From assembly GCA_965246715.1 (NCBI GenBank), contig CBDFFH010000044.1, forward strand, positions 32,001-96,000: a stretch of 64,000 nt of DNA, read 5' to 3'. A program made the position numbers and the translations under genes. The notes under the pieces were generated by a model that worked only from the letters and a program-made list of their open reading frames with translations, searched no databases and had not been told where the DNA came from. Of the stretch, positions 59,821 through 64,000 are shown in pieces. Origin of the DNA: Chamaesiphon sp. Lineage in GTDB: Bacteria; Cyanobacteriota; Cyanobacteriia; Cyanobacteriales; Chamaesiphonaceae. Each line of letters opens with the position of its first letter. Within the stretch, counting starts at the first letter, position 1.

Positions 59821-62223
59821 ATGAGCAAAATTTGGTTTTTTATCCTTACTGTGGGGCTAGTCTGTTTCCTGTGTCTGGTGGCTGGATTTAGTATTTCTCA
59901 GTCTGCGATCGTAATTCTGGTATTCGCGATCTTAATTGGGCTGTTTCTATTGCTAGTTTACGAAAAACCGATTCCAAGGTCAGCAAGAATATATTTGAAG
60001 CCAACAAATGCGCCTAGCCGCGCACCATCTTCGGCATTAGGAAATCCGGTAATTGTACCAGTAGCTGAATCAGAACTTCCCAAGAAACTAGCAGCCCCGC
60101 TCCCACAACGGTTGCCAACAGTTAGCTTACCATCACCGCCGATCGAGCCGCGCGATCTCCAGCTAGAAGTCCTCCCAAATTTTACAGTTGCACCATCGTC
60201 GATCGAAGAATCATTACTGTTTCGCGTTCTCGTTCAGGGGCTGTTTACGATCGGGATCGTTAGTGCGGATTTGGCTGTGGGCACTCATTACAGTCAGGTG
60301 GCGATTCCGATTACGACAGCAGGAGCGGCATGGAGTTGGTACCGTCGCCATCATAGTAAACATTGGCTGAATACGATCGTATCTGTCACGACGATCGCGT
60401 TTTTAATCGGGGTACTCGTCCCAACTTTGCTCAAAGAAGTTCAGATCGGTATCGACGGGGTAGCAATATCAGTTAAGTTCCAAGCAGCAATCGCGCTAGG
60501 GTTACAAATGCTGTTGGTGGATCTTCAGATGGGGTTGAGTTTTCATCTATACGGGCGCAAGGTGCTGGGTTATTGCGTGGCAATTAGTGGATTACTGATG
60601 GCTATCGCCGCTTGTTTGAGTCAAAGTATCGGCTTTATGATTTTGCTCAGTGGGTTTGTTGTGCTGGTGATTCCAACATTGATGCTAGATTATCGATCGC
60701 GACTCGCACTCAAGCCAGTGGGAATTTCGCCGATGCCTACCAAGCAACTGTTACCATATCGACACTTACCGTGGAAATATCTGAGTCAATTGGCAGCGAT
60801 CGCTCTCGGAATAGGATTAATTTTAGCGGTATTCTTGCCTAATTTTCATTTTCCCAATCTGTCGTTGCAGCTCCCTAGACAAATGGATGAAATTACGGCG
60901 CTGCAAAATCGAATGCACGATCTAGCGCAGCAGTCCCGGAGCGGTTCGCTACCAACAACCAATCCGGCTACACCGCAATTGAGTGTGAGTGAGATGGCAA
61001 GTAAATTATTGGGACAACCAGGAAATAATAATTATCCCGATCTTATTAAGCAGGATAATTTACAATTACCGCCGGAAATTGCGAGTAAATTGCAGCAGTT
61101 TACCAAGCAGATTTTGGCGACTGCGCCGCAACCACTCAACTCAGATTACGATCGCGCAGCATATTTAGCAGAGTATCTCAAACAGCATCGCCAAGCCGAT
61201 CCTCAGCAACCAGAACCCACCAATCTGCCGCCAGTAGATGCTAAATCGATCCAGCAAATCATCACGAAATGTCCACCTGCTCTCCAGAATTGTCCGATCG
61301 TCGTTGCCACCGATCGAGATTTACCTGTAGTATACACTTCAATGTTGCGCTCGATCGGCATTCCTGCGCGGCTAAAAACGGGCGACAAGCCGAGCGAATT
61401 AGATCCCAAAACTCAGATGTATACACGTCCTCCCGCAGCCTCACAGAGCCAAACTGAGGTCTATTTTCCTAACTGGGGGTGGCTTGGCTTGGACTCGACA
61501 CCCGATCGACCGTTACTCAATCCCGATGCGCGTCAACTCGCCCAACTTCAGCAGCAGGTGCAAACTAAGCCGCTCTCTTTCGCAGACCCCTCTTCCAGTC
61601 CGCAACCTACGCCTAGCCCATCCCCAGGAGGAAGTAATAATCCGGGACAATCTTCTCCAAGTGTACCTTCCCCAAATACACCTGTCCCAAATTTGCCTTT
61701 ACCGAATACCTCCTCATTATTTACACCAAATAGTAATAAGTCACCGAGTGATTCAACGCCCTCAAAGTCACCATTCGAGTTGCCTAAATGGGAACCCGAT
61801 CCGCTAATTTTGAAAATAATCGTCGTTGCGCTTTGCATTGGGATCGGGATTGCTTGGTATTTGCGCAAGCAAAAACAGCAGCAGCAACAATTAGCTGGTT
61901 TACCACCTGTCGAGCGGATCTATCGATCGATGCTGACAGAATTGAGCAAGCAAGGAACGTTCAAACGTCCGACCCAAACGCAGTTAGAATACGCTGACAG
62001 TACCAGTAAAATCTATCATCCTCAAATTGCTAAAGTAGTCCGCGAAATCTCCCAATCATATACAGCTTGGCGTTATGGCAAGCAAAAAACCGATGTCAAA
62101 GAGTTGACAAAAAAATTGCAATTTCTCCAACATCTCCAACAGTTAGCCGCCCACAGGGAGCGCCAGCAACAGATCGATCGATTCAAATCGCAATTGGGAT
62201 TTAAAACACGTCCGCTTAAATAA
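59821..62223 (+). CDS. TgpA-like membrane protein (DUF3488-like TMs, transglutaminase-like core, DUF4129-like tail)
   Basis: MLRSIGIPARL..G, EVYFPNWGW..LDSTP and PTQTQLEYA motifs; Pro/Ser linker; start uncertain. Confidence 0.8.
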   Translation: MSKIWFFILTVGLVCFLCLVAGFSISQSAIVILVFAILIGLFLLLVYEKPIPRSARIYLKPTNAPSRAPSSALGNPVIVPVAESELPKKLAAPLPQRLPTVSLPSPPIEPRDLQLEVLPNFTVAPSSIEESLLFRVLVQGLFTIGIVSADLAVGTHYSQVAIPITTAGAAWSWYRRHHSKHWLNTIVSVTTIAFLIGVLVPTLLKEVQIGIDGVAISVKFQAAIALGLQMLLVDLQMGLSFHLYGRKVLGYCVAISGLLMAIAACLSQSIGFMILLSGFVVLVIPTLMLDYRSRLALKPVGISPMPTKQLLPYRHLPWKYLSQLAAIALGIGLILAVFLPNFHFPNLSLQLPRQMDEITALQNRMHDLAQQSRSGSLPTTNPATPQLSVSEMASKLLGQPGNNNYPDLIKQDNLQLPPEIASKLQQFTKQILATAPQPLNSDYDRAAYLAEYLKQHRQADPQQPEPTNLPPVDAKSIQQIITKCPPALQNCPIVVATDRDLPVVYTSMLRSIGIPARLKTGDKPSELDPKTQMYTRPPAASQSQTEVYFPNWGWLGLDSTPDRPLLNPDARQLAQLQQQVQTKPLSFADPSSSPQPTPSPSPGGSNNPGQSSPSVPSPNTPVPNLPLPNTSSLFTPNSNKSPSDSTPSKSPFELPKWEPDPLILKIIVVALCIGIGIAWYLRKQKQQQQQLAGLPPVERIYRSMLTELSKQGTFKRPTQTQLEYADSTSKIYHPQIAKVVREISQSYTAWRYGKQKTDVKELTKKLQFLQHLQQLAAHRERQQQIDRFKSQLGFKTRPLK

Positions 62224-62332
62224 GCTAAGTTGCTATCTACGAGAACGTGAGTTCGACGCTACTCACTTTAATTTCTGTCGATCTAGTGGAAATGTTAGAA
62301 TCCTTGAATATACGCTTGCCAGAGGTGTAGAG

Positions 62333-62697
62333 ATGACAGTTTCGATCGAGAAAATGACCCTAGCAGAATTCCTTATCGTTGGCGTAGCCTACCGGAGGTA
62401 ATCGTGTTGATGGATATGCCGCCACCATTATTAGTTGTGGAAGTTGTCAGCCCGAATCAGGAGAAACGAGATTATCGTTATAAGCGGAGTGAATATGCCG
62501 CGCGGGGGATTGCCGAATATTGGATCGTCGATCCGTTGGCGGAGCCTCTCCAAGGGAGAATCGCGCAAAAGGTGACGGTGTTGGAATGGGTAGAGGGTTT
62601 GTATGAGGAGCAGGTGCATACGGGAGATAGTCAGATCGAGTCAAGTATATTGGGGAATATAGATTTGAAGGTCGAGCGAGTTTTACGCGGACGTTAA
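62333..62697 (+). pseudogene. Uma2/DUF820 endonuclease pseudogene (internal deletion plus two small repeat insertions)
   Basis: MTVSIEKMTLAEFL is joined directly to SIVLMDMPPPLLVVEVVSP...RDYRYKRSEYAARGIAEYWIVDP. Confidence 0.8.
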
Positions 62698-62718
62698 TTT
62701 TGGTGTGTAATATCTTCG

Positions 62719-63813
62719 CTAACCCACTTGTTCATCAATGACTGGCAGAGGTGCAAAAAATGGATTGACTTTTTCATGCTCTAATATCTCTAGAATTGCT
62801 AAATTTAATTGTTTTTCAGCTTTGAAATATAGCTTTTCTTCCTTAACAAATGCCAAGATTTCGAGCGTCCGAATATTTAGTTCGATTTTACTAAATCGAA
62901 CGCGACAGAGTTCGTAGCAGCAGTGCATCGATTTGGGTATTTCTTGAATACGATCGCAAATTCGTTCGGTTTGCTCGGCGGAAATACTATCTAATTTGAG
63001 GATGATATTAACACCTAATCTCATGTCTCTAGTCGGGTTCTGCGACCAATTTTCAACGGTGCCAGCAACCATTTTAGAATTTGGCATCTTGAGAATCGAA
63101 CCACTATCTAATAAATGTAAAGTTGTCGTTCTAAATCCGATTTTGACAATTCGTGCAGAACCACTAGTACCAGTTACTTTTATCCAGTCACCTTCTTTAA
63201 ATACCCGATCTAAGTAGATAATCATCGTACAGAACCAGTCGTATAAGATATCTTTGAATACTAGTCCCAATGTAATCCCAGCACCACCGAGCAACCCAAC
63301 TAAGGCTGTCGCTGATTGTCCCAAAAATAGCTCGCTTAACTTAATCGCAATTAGGACGAGCGCCACTAATTGAAAGATCTTCGGCATCAGTGGCTGTAAC
63401 AATTCATCTAGGTCTGTACCAGTTTGTAGCACCTCATGTGCGAAAATCTTACCTAAAATTGAAGACGCTTGATAGAGTGCATATGAAAAAGTAAAGAGCG
63501 CAATTATGTAAAGAATTTTGGTAAAGATATCGTTTAATTGCATCCCGATGTTATCTGCGAGAATCTCTTTAACCGTCCACAGTCCACCGATTAAAAATAG
63601 ATAACTCAACGACGATCTAAGAATCGATACGATTTCATCGCTCAAACTTAGTTTGATTTTACCTGCAAACCGGCGGAGATTTTTAATCGCGATCGCGACC
63701 AGGATTTTTTTTAAGATCTGAATTAATGCGAGAATGGAGAGGGCGATCGCAATTTTGACGATCGGGATACTGGAATAATTTATATTTCTGAGAGCATTTA
63801 AAATTAGATCCAT
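62719..63813 (-). CDS. MscS-family mechanosensitive channel
   Basis: GITLGLVFKDIL, FKEGDWI, IGFRTT and MPNS motifs. Confidence 0.9.
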   Translation of the reverse strand: MDLILNALRNINYSSIPIVKIAIALSILALIQILKKILVAIAIKNLRRFAGKIKLSLSDEIVSILRSSLSYLFLIGGLWTVKEILADNIGMQLNDIFTKILYIIALFTFSYALYQASSILGKIFAHEVLQTGTDLDELLQPLMPKIFQLVALVLIAIKLSELFLGQSATALVGLLGGAGITLGLVFKDILYDWFCTMIIYLDRVFKEGDWIKVTGTSGSARIVKIGFRTTTLHLLDSGSILKMPNSKMVAGTVENWSQNPTRDMRLGVNIILKLDSISAEQTERICDRIQEIPKSMHCCYELCRVRFSKIELNIRTLEILAFVKEEKLYFKAEKQLNLAILEILEHEKVNPFFAPLPVIDEQVG

Positions 63814-64000
63814 GTTTGGGTATATCGATCGGTATCGGAGCATTAATCTGCCAGCCTATTTCCACGCAAATTTACTCCCGAGCAATAACATCCTACCTCG
63901 GATCTATTTTATTCCCAAACTAATATACAGATTTACCAGATCGCGATCTTCAGCCCCTCCAATGCGGAGCTACCAGATCCAAATAAGTTTGGTTAGCTCG

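Overview
Chromosomal window from a cyanobacterium. CGATCG palindromes are very dense, both GCGATCGC (HIP1) and TCGATCGA, and the gene set is cyanobacterial; Chamaesiphon-like is my inference. (1) 1-12.3 kb is an arsenic-resistance island: arsR', pstS-like, acr3, two tandem CX5R phosphatases, gap3 and arsJ. It has two pairs of ArsR-type operators and is heavily hit by mobile DNA. An IS982/MITE composite carries a JAMM gene, arsJ is split by an ISAzo13 that is itself split by an ISAs1, and a deleted IS4 is nested in small repeats. (2) 12.4-39.6 kb is mostly housekeeping: trx, amidase, aspA, natB-like, ruvA, mltG, proB, fed2, tRNA-Ser, holA, mlaE, prfC, menB. (3) 39.7-48.1 kb is the most interesting accessory locus, an STM4011-STM4015-type cluster of unknown function. 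It encodes an ATP-grasp ligase, two LRR-like proteins that both end RYxxVxE, a doubly frameshifted alkaline-phosphatase-superfamily hydrolase and two radical SAM enzymes. It converges on a His-rich small protein plus LRR-DUF6745 pair. (4) 48.3-64 kb holds ntcB-cnaT, a triple-nested MITE, pyrE, sat, mtnP, an LRR protein with a truncated DUF6745-like tail, an ADP-ribosylglycohydrolase, a catalytically degenerate transglutaminase-like membrane protein, a Uma2 pseudogene and MscS. No CRISPR array or rRNA was seen. Family names come from motif recognition, not database searches.
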